NCBI GenBank assembly: GCA_963747695.1
Contig: CAVVFV010000003.1
Coordinates: 17,296-81,295 of the forward strand
Source: Candidatus Falkowbacteria bacterium
Lineage (GTDB): Bacteria; Patescibacteriota; Patescibacteriia; Patescibacteriales; WJLG01
Direction of reading: 5' to 3'
Length of the DNA stretch: 64,000 nucleotides
The translations under genes and the position numbers were made by a program. The notes beneath the pieces were generated by a model, which saw only the letters and a program-made list of their open reading frames with translations, was not told where the DNA came from and did not search any database. Shown here in pieces: positions 9,459 to 18,521 of the stretch; positions within the stretch are counted from its first letter, which is position 1, and each line of letters begins with the position of its first letter.

Positions 9459-9536
9459 TTGTTATATTGCTATATTGTTAAAATATTTTGCAGCGATATA
9501 AATCGCTAAGGATTTAACAATATAGCAATATAACAA
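9459..9536. repeat. Perfect 24-bp inverted repeat (TTGTTATATTGCTATATTGTTAAA / TTTAACAATATAGCAATATAACAA) with a 30-nt spacer holding an inner hairpin
   Basis: Arms at 9459-9482 and 9513-9536 were checked base by base. The spacer contains AGCGAT..ATCGCT. It lies between the L31 stop and the prfA start. Confidence 0.85.
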
Positions 9537-9625
9537 TTTAACAATATTTGTTTAATATAAAACGGCTACGCTGTTCTGTATAGTATGATTATACCACACA
9601 AAAAAACATAGCCGTAATAAGTCGG

Positions 9626-9916
9626 TTATTCCTTTTCAACCCGCTTGGCCGCCCGTTTGGCCGCTTTGGCGGTAAATTTATCTTTTTTGCTGACGTGTTT
9701 CCCGGCGATTTTATTGGACGCTTCCAATTTAGCCTGAAATTTTTCGACGCGGCGGGCAGTATCCACCAACTTCTGTTTACCGGTATAAAAAGGGTGGCAA
9801 GCTGAGCATAGGTCAACTCTCAATTCCGGCTTAGTCGAACCAGTGGTAAAGGTGTTGCCGCAAGCGCAAGTCACCTTGGCATCGGCATAATATTTGGGAT
9901 GAATTTCCTTTTTCAT
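9626..9916 (-). CDS. rpmE: Ribosomal protein L31 (Cys-containing, Zn-type)
   Basis: 96-aa ORF: [10 protein letters not shown]...VTCACGNTF...[15 protein letters not shown]. Confidence 0.93.
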   Translation of the reverse strand: MKKEIHPKYYADAKVTCACGNTFTTGSTKPELRVDLCSACHPFYTGKQKLVDTARRVEKFQAKLEASNKIAGKHVSKKDKFTAKAAKRAAKRVEKE

Positions 9917-10168
9917 ATAAATTATAATTCAAATCCACGAATTATATCCAAATCTATCAATATAATTCGGATGTCTTTTTTCGTAGGATTCGTAGGTAAA
10001 TAAAATAGCATTCGCTAATGCTATGTTTTATGTGTAAATGTTAACATAAAAGATAAAAATAGGCAAGAGAATCCTTTTTGGCCAATTTTTAATTAAAATA
10101 TCGCTCACAATTATCATTGACTGATAATCATACCGATGATATCCTGAAATCATTAAAAAGGAGGAATT

Positions 10169-10363
10169 ATGTACATTAATGATCGTCAGATGAATACGCT
10201 GGAACTCCTGATTGCCGGCTTGGCATTCGGCATTATTTTTGCAGTACTGGTGGTTGCCGAACTAATCAAGACTATCGTTTTACTGCCGACACTCGGAATT
10301 TGCGGTGCCGGTCTGATTCTCAAAACGCGCACGCCGCTACGGATGCCACAGCAAGGCCGTTAA
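10169..10363 (+). CDS. Small membrane protein
   Basis: 64-aa ORF preceded by a strong SD (aaaaggaggaattATG) and followed by an intrinsic terminator. Two hydrophobic segments. Confidence 0.55.
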   Translation: MYINDRQMNTLELLIAGLAFGIIFAVLVVAELIKTIVLLPTLGICGAGLILKTRTPLRMPQQGR

Positions 10364-10388
10364 CCCTGGCGGTTAATGGCCTTTTTTT
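10355..10388 (+). terminator. Intrinsic terminator
   Basis: Hairpin ggccgttaacc-ctg-gcggttaatggcc followed by ttttttt. Confidence 0.75.
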
Positions 10389-10427
10389 ATATGCTATAAT
10401 AGGAAATGAATTCAATCGTTTTAATTT

Positions 10428-11918
10428 ATGGAAGATGATAAACTGACAATCGAGCAAGAAGTGGAAGAAGTGCCGATAATCGACGGCAACATCACGCGCA
10501 ACACTTCCTATTTTACCTTGGCCTTAGTCTTACAGAAGGTTGTTTCCTTTACTTATTTCACGCTGCTCGCCCGCAATCTCGGACCGGAAAATCTGGGCAA
10601 GTACTATTTTGCGATTTCCTTCACGACGATCTTTTCGATCATTATGGATCTGGGTTTGGTCAGCGTCGTCACCCGGGAAGTGGCCAAAAAAAATCAATCA
10701 GCCGAGGAATTGCTCGGCACCGTGTTATCAATCAAGCTGCCCCTGACCTTGCTGGCGCTGGGATGTATTTTTGTCGCGGCGCAGATCGCCGGCTACGGCG
10801 GCGAAATTAAATTATTGGTTTATCTGGCGGCGATCGGAGCGGCGCTGGATTCTTTTACGGTCGCTTTTTACGGAGTCATTCGCGGCTTCCATAATTTATT
10901 CTTTGAAAGCATTTCTTCCGTCGTTTTCCAATTGATCGTGATGACCGGCGGTTTGGTCTTCATCCATCTCGGCTATTCGCTGCCCTTCGTCTTCAGTTCG
11001 CTTGCCATGGCCAGCACTTTCAATTTCATCTATTCCTATTCGATTCTGAGCCGGAAGATCGGCGTGAAAATAAAATTCCATCTTGACGGCCAACTATTGA
11101 AAAAAATCGTCTTGATCGCCGTGCCGTTCGGTATTTTTGCGATTTTCCAGCGCATCTATACCTACCTGGATTCCGTGCTGTTACAGCATTTCGCCGGTAA
11201 TATTTATGTCGGTTATTATCAGATCTCTTTCAAGATAATCTTTGCCCTGCAATTCTTACCCGGCGCTTTCATCGCCTCGCTCTATCCGGCGATGAGCCGC
11301 TACTGGGTCAGCAACCGGCAGCAATTGGCCGTCTCCTTTGAAAAGGCGGTCATCTATCTGGCGATAATCTCGCTGCCGATCTCCGCCGGCGTCATTGCCT
11401 TGTCCGACAAAATAATCTTACTTTTCAAATCCGGCTACGGCGAAGCGATCTTGCCGATGCAGATCGCTATCCTGGCCACCTTGTTCATCTTCATTAATTT
11501 TCCCATCGGCGCTCTGCTCAATGCCTGCGACCGGCAAAAAAATAACACGGCCAATATGATCATCATCACGGTAATCAGCGTTGCCCTGAATTTTCTGCTG
11601 ATCCCGCATTTTAAAGCCGTGGGCGCCAGCATCACCGTGCTTGTCACTAATTTCTTGATGACAATCCTGGGATTCTATTGGGCGAATCGGATCATCAAAA
11701 TCGATGCGCGCAAGATGATCGTCGCTTTTGGTAAAATCGCCTTGGCTGCTATCCTGATGGCCTTAGTTGCTTTCTATCTCAAGACCAAGCTCAATATTTT
11801 CCTTGTCGTACCCGTGGCCGGCATATTTTATTTAATCCTCATCTTCATCTTTAAAACCATCAGCCGGGGAGAAATTATTTACGTCATCCAATCATTTCTA
11901 AAAAAGAAAGTTGTCTGA
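10428..11918 (+). CDS. MOP-superfamily oligosaccharide/lipid-linked glycan flippase (Wzx/MurJ-like)
   Basis: 496-aa ORF with about 12-14 hydrophobic helices. N-terminal pattern NTSYFTLALVLQKVVSFTYFTLLARNLGPENLGKYYF is typical of polysaccharide biosynthesis flippases. Confidence 0.8.
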   Translation: MEDDKLTIEQEVEEVPIIDGNITRNTSYFTLALVLQKVVSFTYFTLLARNLGPENLGKYYFAISFTTIFSIIMDLGLVSVVTREVAKKNQSAEELLGTVLSIKLPLTLLALGCIFVAAQIAGYGGEIKLLVYLAAIGAALDSFTVAFYGVIRGFHNLFFESISSVVFQLIVMTGGLVFIHLGYSLPFVFSSLAMASTFNFIYSYSILSRKIGVKIKFHLDGQLLKKIVLIAVPFGIFAIFQRIYTYLDSVLLQHFAGNIYVGYYQISFKIIFALQFLPGAFIASLYPAMSRYWVSNRQQLAVSFEKAVIYLAIISLPISAGVIALSDKIILLFKSGYGEAILPMQIAILATLFIFINFPIGALLNACDRQKNNTANMIIITVISVALNFLLIPHFKAVGASITVLVTNFLMTILGFYWANRIIKIDARKMIVAFGKIALAAILMALVAFYLKTKLNIFLVVPVAGIFYLILIFIFKTISRGEIIYVIQSFLKKKVV

Positions 11919-11923
11919 AACCT

Positions 11924-13066
11924 ATGACCGACAAAAAACTCCTTTTGATCACTTTGGAATATCCGCCCCTTAAAGGCGGAGTGTCGACGCTTTATAAAAA
12001 TTATGTCGAATCCTGGCCGGTCGGCCGGCTTAATGTTTTGGCCCACGACGCTCTGGGAGTGAAGGATCATGATTCGATCAAGTATCGCCGGCTGGTGGGA
12101 AAAATTATCCGCCCGCGCTGGTTGCCGGCACTTTTCGAACTCTGGGCGGCGATTACTGATCTCGGCCCTGACGTTCACGTCATTGTCGGACAAATACTAC
12201 CCTTAGGTATCGTGGTTTATCATTTATCCAGGTTGCTCAAATTCAAATATACCGTGCTGTTACATGGAATGGATTTTACTCTGGCGACCGCGACCAGACG
12301 GCGGAAAAAAATTACCGGAAAAATCCTTGATCATGCTCAGTCAATAGTCTGCTCCAACAGCTACACCTCCAATTCTGTCAAAGTGTTTGATCCGTCGACT
12401 GCAAAAAAAATGCAAATGATCAATCCAGGGATCGAATCGGGTTTTGTCCGAAATCCGCAGCGCGTCGAGGAATTACGCCGTCAATACGGCTTGGAAAACC
12501 AAACCGTTCTTTTAGGCATCGGCCGATTAGTAAAGAGAAAAGGCGTTGATAAAGTTATCGAGGCGATGAGTGAAATTCTAAAATCAGCGCCGCGAACCGT
12601 TTATGCCATCGCCGGAGCCGGACCGGATGCCGACATTTTTAAAAAAATGGCGGCGGCGCTGCCCGAAGCGATCAGGAATAAAATTATTTTCCTGGGCCAA
12701 ATTTCCGATCTTGACCGATGGGCATGGCTCGAGTTATGTGATATATTTATAATGGTTTCCCGGAATATCGCCGGGGATTATGAAGGTTTCGGCGAAGTTT
12801 ATCTCGAAGCCAACCTGGCGGCCAAACCGGTCATCGCCGGGGACAGCGGGGGAGTGCGCGACGCGGTAATCAACAATATCAACGGCCTGCTGGTTGATCC
12901 GGAACAAACCAGCCAAATTGCCGCGGCCGCTATCAAATTGATCAACAATCCACTGCTAAGGAGAGAACTTGGCGAACAAGGCAAACGCCGGGTGGTGGAA
13001 AATTTCAATTCCCAAAAATTAGTTGCCAAATTATCTAATTTCATTGATTCACCTGACAAAATATGA
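11924..13066 (+). CDS. Glycosyltransferase family 4 (GT-B)
   Basis: 380-aa ORF with C-terminal GT4 pattern EGFGEVYLEANLAAKPVIAGDSGGVRDAV..GLLVDP. Confidence 0.85.
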   Translation: MTDKKLLLITLEYPPLKGGVSTLYKNYVESWPVGRLNVLAHDALGVKDHDSIKYRRLVGKIIRPRWLPALFELWAAITDLGPDVHVIVGQILPLGIVVYHLSRLLKFKYTVLLHGMDFTLATATRRRKKITGKILDHAQSIVCSNSYTSNSVKVFDPSTAKKMQMINPGIESGFVRNPQRVEELRRQYGLENQTVLLGIGRLVKRKGVDKVIEAMSEILKSAPRTVYAIAGAGPDADIFKKMAAALPEAIRNKIIFLGQISDLDRWAWLELCDIFIMVSRNIAGDYEGFGEVYLEANLAAKPVIAGDSGGVRDAVINNINGLLVDPEQTSQIAAAAIKLINNPLLRRELGEQGKRRVVENFNSQKLVAKLSNFIDSPDKI

Positions 13067-13788
13067 TCAGCATAATTATTCCTGTTTATAACCAGGACGA
13101 AAAATTAAGATGCTGTCTTTTCAGCGTCTTGGTGCAAACTTACAAAGATTTCGAGGTCATTGTCGTCAACGACGGTTCAACCGATAAATCGCTGGAAATT
13201 GCCAATTCCTTCCGGGAAAAATTCAAGCTGGCGGAAATAAGTTATAAAGTCATTGATCAGGAAAACAAGGGCGCGCCGAACGCGCGCAATCACGGTTTTC
13301 AGGCCTCCCGCGGGGATTATTTATTTTTTTGCGATGCTGATGTCACTTTGGACCGCAACTGCTTCTGGGAAATGATTAATACTTTGAAAAATCATCCCGA
13401 AGCCGCGTTTGTCTATTGTTCGTTCAAGTGGGGAGAAAAACTTTTCCGCTTCCAGCCCTTTGACGGAAAAAAATTACGGCAGATGCCTTATATTTCGACG
13501 ATGTCGATGGTGCGGACGAAAGACTTTCCCATCACCGGCTGGGACGAGAATTTAAAAAAATTCCAAGACTGGGATCTCTGGCTGACGGTCAGCGAGCTGG
13601 GCGGCCGGGGATTTTGGATCGAGAAACCTTTATTCAGCGTCTGTACCGGCGGCACGATGTCCAGCTGGCTGCCTTCGGCCGCTTATAAAATACTACCTTT
13701 CTTGCCGGCCGTAAAAAGATATAACCGGGCGGTGCGGATCGTCAAAGAAAAACACGGACTACTGTTACCGAAAAAAGAAAAGATATAA
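13063..13788 (+). CDS. Glycosyltransferase family 2 (GT-A)
   Basis: 241-aa ORF: ISIIIPVYNQDE...VIVVNDGSTD...FCDADV (DxD). Start overlaps the upstream stop (ATGA). Confidence 0.85.
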   Translation: MISIIIPVYNQDEKLRCCLFSVLVQTYKDFEVIVVNDGSTDKSLEIANSFREKFKLAEISYKVIDQENKGAPNARNHGFQASRGDYLFFCDADVTLDRNCFWEMINTLKNHPEAAFVYCSFKWGEKLFRFQPFDGKKLRQMPYISTMSMVRTKDFPITGWDENLKKFQDWDLWLTVSELGGRGFWIEKPLFSVCTGGTMSSWLPSAAYKILPFLPAVKRYNRAVRIVKEKHGLLLPKKEKI

Positions 13789-13800
13789 TTTTAAAAATAT

Positions 13801-13910
13801 CATCCGAACCTGCGAAATATCCGAATACAACGAACATTTTTTTCGAACATCCTGTTCGTTTTGTAGAGTTTGTAGTATTCGGATAAAATTCGTAGTATTC
13901 GTATTAATAT
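13801..13910. repeat. CGAATA/GTAGTATTCG word-repeat region (diverged member of the dispersed intergenic repeat family)
   Basis: Contains ccgaatacaacgaaca...tgttcgttttgtag...gtagtattcgg...cgtagtattcgtatt. Related words occur at 16803-16925, 43521-43617 and 48281-48365. Confidence 0.55.
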
Positions 13911-13913
13911 TTT

Positions 13914-15470
13914 ATGGAGCCGATCAAAAAAATATTCAACGGTTATTTTTATGCGATAATCGCGTTCATTGCGGTTATCGAATTAATGTCCTTTTTCGGA
14001 CATATTTTTTTAGACCTCGACCACGAAGTATTCATTCTGGTCGTCTTGCTGACGCTCATCTTTTCCTTGCGGAACATCAAATACGGAGTGTGGATTATTT
14101 TGTTGGAGCTCTTCATCGGCTCGCAGGGGTATCTGCTTCATCTTGATATCGGTTCGGTGAAGATCTCGCTGCGCATCGCTCTCTGGCTGGTGGTGCTTTC
14201 GGTCTGGTTTAAGGACTATTTATTTTCCCTCTGGCACAAAAAAGCCAAGCGGCGTTCGATCTTTACTAATCCCAACTTTCTGGCGATCGCTAATTTCCCA
14301 TATTTCCTGTTACTATTTATTTTTGTGATCTTGGGCGCTGCCATCGGCTTCGGACACGGCAACGAGTTTCAAAATATTTTCTTTGACGCCAACGGCTGGC
14401 TATTTTTTCTGCTGATCTTTCCGTTCTACGAGGCGTTTTTCAATACCGCTGTTTCCGGCGAAAAACCATTCGTGCCCGTTTGGCGGCTGCTGGCCGCCGG
14501 AACCGCCTGGATTTGTTTCAAGACTTTTTTATTATTTTTCTTCTTTACTCATGTGCTGCCGGATTTGAGTATCTGGCACTGGCTTTTGACCGACGAGCTG
14601 TATCGCTGGGTCAGGGATACGCTGATTGCCGAGATAACGGTGATGCCGAGCGGCTTTGTCCGAATCTTCATCCAATCGCAGATTTATGTCTTAATCTCTT
14701 TATTTATCGGTTTATTTGCGGTTAACTTTTATTGGACTGAGATTAAAAAAAGCCGCCAGGCGATAATATTGGTGATCATTGCAGGCGTGGCCCTGCTGGG
14801 AACTTTAATTATCAGTTTTTCACGCAGTTTCTGGGTCGGGGCGGCGGCAGTGTTAATTTTTTACGCCTGGCTGACGATAAAAAAATATGGCTGGAAAAAA
14901 CTTTTTTCCGTTGTTGCCTTGTTATTAATTTCTTTGCTTTTAAGTCTGGCGTTGATTTTCGCGATAGCTCGTTTTCCTTTCCCCCAGCCGAGCGTTAATT
15001 TTGACTTCGCTCAAGCGCTAGGGGATCGCGCCGGCAATCTGTCCGGCGAAGCCGCTGTATCATCCCGCTATTCTTTGCTCGCCCCCTTGTGGCAGAAAAT
15101 CGCCAATGATCCGCTTTGGGGAGATGGTTTCGGCACGACCGTCACTTACCGCGCCAGCGATCCGCGCGTTTTGGCGACCAGCCTGGGCGGAAGCTACACG
15201 ACCTACGCCTTTGAATGGGGCTGGCTGGATATCTGGCTGAAGATCGGGCTATTCGGACTGCTAGCCTATCTCTTATTGATTGGCAAAATAATCCGGGACG
15301 GACTCAGACTGCAAACCTGGCTGGCCGACGCGCTGACCGCCGGATTGTTAATAATCGCAATCGTCAGCTTTTTCAGTCCTTACACTAATCATCCTTTGGG
15401 AATCGGCTATTTGTTGCTCGCCGCAGCCGCGATTTACCAGGATAAGAATGGCACTTGCGCTTGTATCTAG
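13914..15470 (+). CDS. O-antigen ligase/polymerase-like (Wzy_C-type) polytopic membrane protein
   Basis: 518-aa ORF with more than 10 hydrophobic helices and a central loop flanked by SFSRSFWVGAAAV, typical of the O-antigen ligase family. It follows the flippase/GT genes. Confidence 0.68.
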   Translation: MEPIKKIFNGYFYAIIAFIAVIELMSFFGHIFLDLDHEVFILVVLLTLIFSLRNIKYGVWIILLELFIGSQGYLLHLDIGSVKISLRIALWLVVLSVWFKDYLFSLWHKKAKRRSIFTNPNFLAIANFPYFLLLFIFVILGAAIGFGHGNEFQNIFFDANGWLFFLLIFPFYEAFFNTAVSGEKPFVPVWRLLAAGTAWICFKTFLLFFFFTHVLPDLSIWHWLLTDELYRWVRDTLIAEITVMPSGFVRIFIQSQIYVLISLFIGLFAVNFYWTEIKKSRQAIILVIIAGVALLGTLIISFSRSFWVGAAAVLIFYAWLTIKKYGWKKLFSVVALLLISLLLSLALIFAIARFPFPQPSVNFDFAQALGDRAGNLSGEAAVSSRYSLLAPLWQKIANDPLWGDGFGTTVTYRASDPRVLATSLGGSYTTYAFEWGWLDIWLKIGLFGLLAYLLLIGKIIRDGLRLQTWLADALTAGLLIIAIVSFFSPYTNHPLGIGYLLLAAAAIYQDKNGTCACI

Positions 15471-15542
15471 TTTGTACTATATTTAAAGTTATAAAAAATT
15501 CAAATAATGCTGAATTATGCTGATAAATTTATTCTTGAAATA

Positions 15543-15593
15543 ATTTATCATTCCTGCCGTCCGGCAGGCACGTATCATTCATCATTTATCATT
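15543..15593. repeat. ATCAT 7-nt word array plus small hairpin upstream of greA
   Basis: tatcatt...CCTGCCG-TC-CGGCAGG...GTATCAT TCATCAT TTATCAT. Same word as the arrays flanking 37766-38128. Confidence 0.6.
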
Positions 15594-15600
15594 TGCGGTT

Positions 15601-16074
15601 ATGCCCGACCAAATCATCTCTCAAGAAGGTTTTAACAAATTAAATGAAGAGTTGGATTTGCTGGTTAATGTCAAAAGACGGGAGATCGCCGACCGGATTG
15701 AAAAAGCCAAAGAACTGGGCGATCTTTCTGAGAATGCCGAATACCATGAAGCGAAAGATGCGCAAGCTTTTAACGACGGGCGAATCATCGAACTCTCGAC
15801 GCTCCTTAAGAATATTACCGTTGTGGAAAGCGATGGCCATGGCAATGGCAACGGAAAAATCGCGATGGGTTCAAAGATCAAAGCGCATAATGTAAAAACC
15901 GGCGAAGAAAAAAATTTCTCGATCGTCAGTTTTAATGAGGCGGCGCCGGGCGAAGGCAAAATTTCCAATGAATCACCGCTGGGCATGGCCTTCCTGGGGC
16001 GCAAGAAAGGCGAAGAAGTGGTGTTCGAAACGCCAAAAGGGGAGATGAAATACAAAATCTTGGAAATTTCCTGA
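15601..16074 (+). CDS. greA: Transcription elongation factor GreA
   Basis: 157-aa ORF: ...REIADRIEKAKELGDLSENAEYHEAKDAQAFNDGRI..., with a C-terminal FKBP-like domain (SPLGMAFLGRKKGEEV). Confidence 0.93.
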   Translation: MPDQIISQEGFNKLNEELDLLVNVKRREIADRIEKAKELGDLSENAEYHEAKDAQAFNDGRIIELSTLLKNITVVESDGHGNGNGKIAMGSKIKAHNVKTGEEKNFSIVSFNEAAPGEGKISNESPLGMAFLGRKKGEEVVFETPKGEMKYKILEIS

Positions 16075-16198
16075 TCAATCATTGTTTTAGGCAACGATTG
16101 GAGAAGCGAATCACATCTTATAATATTAAAAAAGGCGGCGCTAAGCCGTCTTTATTTATGGCTATTATAATTAATTAATATTGACCATTTTGTCAATA

Positions 16199-16227
16199 TT
16201 GACATGTTTAGCGAGCTATGATAAAAA
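16199..16227 (+). promoter_or_regulatory. Sigma70-like promoter (TTGACA-17-TAAAAA) inside the palindrome TGTCAATATTGACA
   Basis: TTGACA at 16199-16204, a 17-nt spacer, and TAAAAA at 16222-16227. No ORF follows. Confidence 0.55.
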
Positions 16228-16480
16228 TACACCGGGCTAGAACTTCTATGCCCTTGTGCTGTAGGGAGCTTGCCTAAAGCTCTCAGTCTTCCTTGATTAT
16301 TTCTCGTTGGCCCTTCCTGGGAGCAATCCGCGCAATTTATTGCGCCTGCGCCATTTAAAGGACTTGGGTCACGGAAATAATATTGCCCCGTTTGGCGGGG
16401 CGGGGAAGCAGTTGGCCGCGCAAGCGGTCAACCATCACCTGTTTTATTTTAAGCTGACGAGAACCGTCAGAATCAAAAAC
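16228..16480 (+). ncRNA. Candidate promoter-driven non-coding transcript (class unknown)
   Basis: No plausible ORF. Local hairpins GCGCAA-TTTA-TTGCGC, CCCCG-TTTGG-CGGGG, GGCCGC-GCAA-GCGGTC (GNRA loop) and CTGACG-AGAAC-CGTCAG. The 3' end is not defined. Confidence 0.3.
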
Positions 16481-16574
16481 AGTTCAACAAAAAATTTCCA
16501 AAAAACAAATCACCAAAGCCAACCCAAAAAAACACATCCGCACTTTAAAATTTAATTGATTGACATCACCAACC

Positions 16575-16775
16575 CGCCTATCTTTTCTCTATTCCCTCCT
16601 TCTTATCATCTTCCCCGTCTCATTCTTCTTTCTCCTCTTTTCTTTCCTTCTTCCTCTCTTTTTTCAATCAATTACTTTTTCGCTCCTTCCCTCTCATCCC
16701 ATCCGTCCTTTTTTTCTCATCACACTCACGCATCTCGCCCTCGGCCCTATTCTTTTCCGAGGGCTTTTAATTTTC
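16575..16775 (+). other. Roughly 200-nt polypyrimidine (C/T) tract on the + strand
   Basis: Read directly: ctatcttttctctattccctccttcttatcatcttccccgtctcattcttctttctcctcttttctttccttcttcctctcttttttc... with only scattered purines. Confidence 0.8.
16737..16774 (+). terminator. Intrinsic terminator at the end of the polypyrimidine tract
   Basis: GCCCTCGG (16737-16744) / CCGAGGGC (16757-16764) followed by ttttaatttt. Confidence 0.7.
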
Positions 16776-16802
16776 AAGAGACCTCAAAGTTGAAGCATGA
16801 AA

Positions 16803-16925
16803 TAATATAATGCGAATACTACAAATTTTACGCGAATACCGCGAACAGATTAACAAATTATCTTGAAATAATTCGATAAATAGTTCGTAGTATTCGCGAA
16901 CAATTCCCCGTATTCGCCTCATGCT
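16803..16925 (+). repeat. Dispersed ~90-bp intergenic repeat, copy A (upstream of lysS)
   Basis: atgcgaatactacaaattttacgcgaatac...aataattcgataaatagttcgtagtattcgc aligns at roughly 85% identity by eye with 43524-43612. Contains internal inverted arms gcgaatactac / gtagtattcgc. Confidence 0.8.
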
Positions 16926-16928
16926 ATT

Positions 16929-16957
16929 TTGACAACAAACTTTAAATGAATTAAAAT
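16929..16957 (+). promoter_or_regulatory. Sigma70-like promoter for lysS (TTGACA-17-TAAAAT)
   Basis: TTGACA 16929-16934, TAAAAT 16952-16957. Confidence 0.7.
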
Positions 16958-16988
16958 ATCTATATAAATATTAGCAATTTCCTTTCTT

Positions 16989-18506
16989 ATGGGAGAGGAA
17001 AGATTTTTTGTTTATATGTCAAACGAAAAACAAGACAACCTGGTTCACGCGCCGAATGAAAGAGAGGACCGCCTAAAAAAACTCGCGGATCTCAAACAAT
17101 CCGGCATGAATCCCTATCCGGACAAATCGGGCCGGACTCATTCGATTCTCGATGCCCTGGCGGGTTTTGATGACTTTTTGGCGGCGAAAGAAAATCTGGT
17201 TCTTGCCGGAAGGGTGATGATCAAAAGAGAATTCGGCAATCTCACATTTATCGAGCTTTACGACGGCACGGGAAAAATCCAATTGGCTTTATCCAAAAAA
17301 GATCTCGGCGTCGATGAATTCAAAAAATTCGGCAAGCTCATCGATATGGGCGATTTCATCGAAGCTGCCGGCACTTGTTTCGTCACGCATAAAGGAGAAA
17401 AAAGCCTGATGGTATCGGGCTGGAAAATTATCACCAAGGCAATCCTGCCTTTGCCGGAAAAATGGCATGGCTTGGAAAATGAAGATGAAAGATTTCGTTT
17501 AAGATACCTGGATTTATTGACCAATCAGGAAGTCCATAATTTGTTCATAAAAAAAGCGCAATTTTGGGATACTGTCCGCCGCTTCATGCAACAGAAGGGA
17601 TTCCTGGAAGTCGAAACTCCGACTTTGGAAAACACTACCGGCGGCGCCGAAGCCGAACCTTTTCGCACTCACCACAATGATTTTAACTTGGATGTTTATT
17701 TGAGAATTTCGGTGGGCGAACTCTGGCAAAAAAGATTAATGGCCGGCGGTTTTGACAAAACTTTCGAGATCGGCCGAGTTTTCCGCAATGAAGGATCGTC
17801 AGTCGATCATGTTCAGGAATTCACCAATATGGAATTTTATTGGGCGTACGCGAATTATGAAGACGGGATGAACTTAGTCCAGGAACTCTATCAAAAAATC
17901 GCCCAGGATGTTTTTGGTACGACTAAATTTATCAGTAAAAATTATGAATACGACTTGAAAGGGGAGTGGCCGAGAATTGATTATCGTTCGAAAATCAAGG
18001 ATGAGACAGGCATCGATGTTTTATCGGCCGATGCCGGAGAGATCAAGAATAAATTATCCGAATTGAATGTCGATTATGAGGGCGATAGCAAGGAACGCCT
18101 AGTCGATACTCTTTGGAAGTTTTGCCGAAAAAAAATAGCCGGACCGGCGTTCTTGATCAATCACCCGAAATTAGTTTCGCCGCTGGCCAAGTCGCTGCCG
18201 GACAATCCCGAATTGACCGAACGCTTCCAAGTAATTATTGCCGGATCCGAGATCGGTAACGGTTATACCGAATTGAATGACCCCCTGGAACAGCGAGCGC
18301 GCTTCGAGGAGCAGCAGAAATTGATCGATCGCGGCGACAAGGAAGCGATGATGCCGGACTGGGAATTCGTCGAAATGCTCGAACACGGTATGCCGCCGAC
18401 CTGCGGCTTCGGTTTTGGCGAACGCCTCTTTTCCATCCTGGTCGACAAACCGATCCGCGAATGCCAGCTGTTTCCGTTGATGAAGCCCAAGTCGCGTAAC
18501 GCATAA
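16989..18506 (+). CDS. lysS: Lysyl-tRNA synthetase, class II
   Basis: 505-aa ORF. OB-fold N-domain; class II motifs FLEVETPTLE, FEIGRVFRNEG, and GMPPTCGFGFGERL at the C-terminus. The true start may be M10. Confidence 0.95.
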   Translation: MGEERFFVYMSNEKQDNLVHAPNEREDRLKKLADLKQSGMNPYPDKSGRTHSILDALAGFDDFLAAKENLVLAGRVMIKREFGNLTFIELYDGTGKIQLALSKKDLGVDEFKKFGKLIDMGDFIEAAGTCFVTHKGEKSLMVSGWKIITKAILPLPEKWHGLENEDERFRLRYLDLLTNQEVHNLFIKKAQFWDTVRRFMQQKGFLEVETPTLENTTGGAEAEPFRTHHNDFNLDVYLRISVGELWQKRLMAGGFDKTFEIGRVFRNEGSSVDHVQEFTNMEFYWAYANYEDGMNLVQELYQKIAQDVFGTTKFISKNYEYDLKGEWPRIDYRSKIKDETGIDVLSADAGEIKNKLSELNVDYEGDSKERLVDTLWKFCRKKIAGPAFLINHPKLVSPLAKSLPDNPELTERFQVIIAGSEIGNGYTELNDPLEQRARFEEQQKLIDRGDKEAMMPDWEFVEMLEHGMPPTCGFGFGERLFSILVDKPIRECQLFPLMKPKSRNA

Positions 18507-18521
18507 CTCATAACGCGTAAC

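Noticed and set aside
16380-16440. SRP (4.5S) RNA, suggested by GGGGAAGCAG next to a GNRA-capped hairpin (GGCCGC-GCAA-GCGGTC).
   Set aside because: In SRP RNA the GGAAGCAGCC segment lies on the 3' side of the tetraloop; here the AGCAG lies 5' of it, and the symmetric and asymmetric loop sequences are missing. Not supported.
16556-16810. Two overlapping ORFs (84 and 77 aa) in the polypyrimidine tract.
   Set aside because: Stop codons require purines, so any C/T-only stretch is open in several frames. The products are S/P/L/F low-complexity, with no SD.
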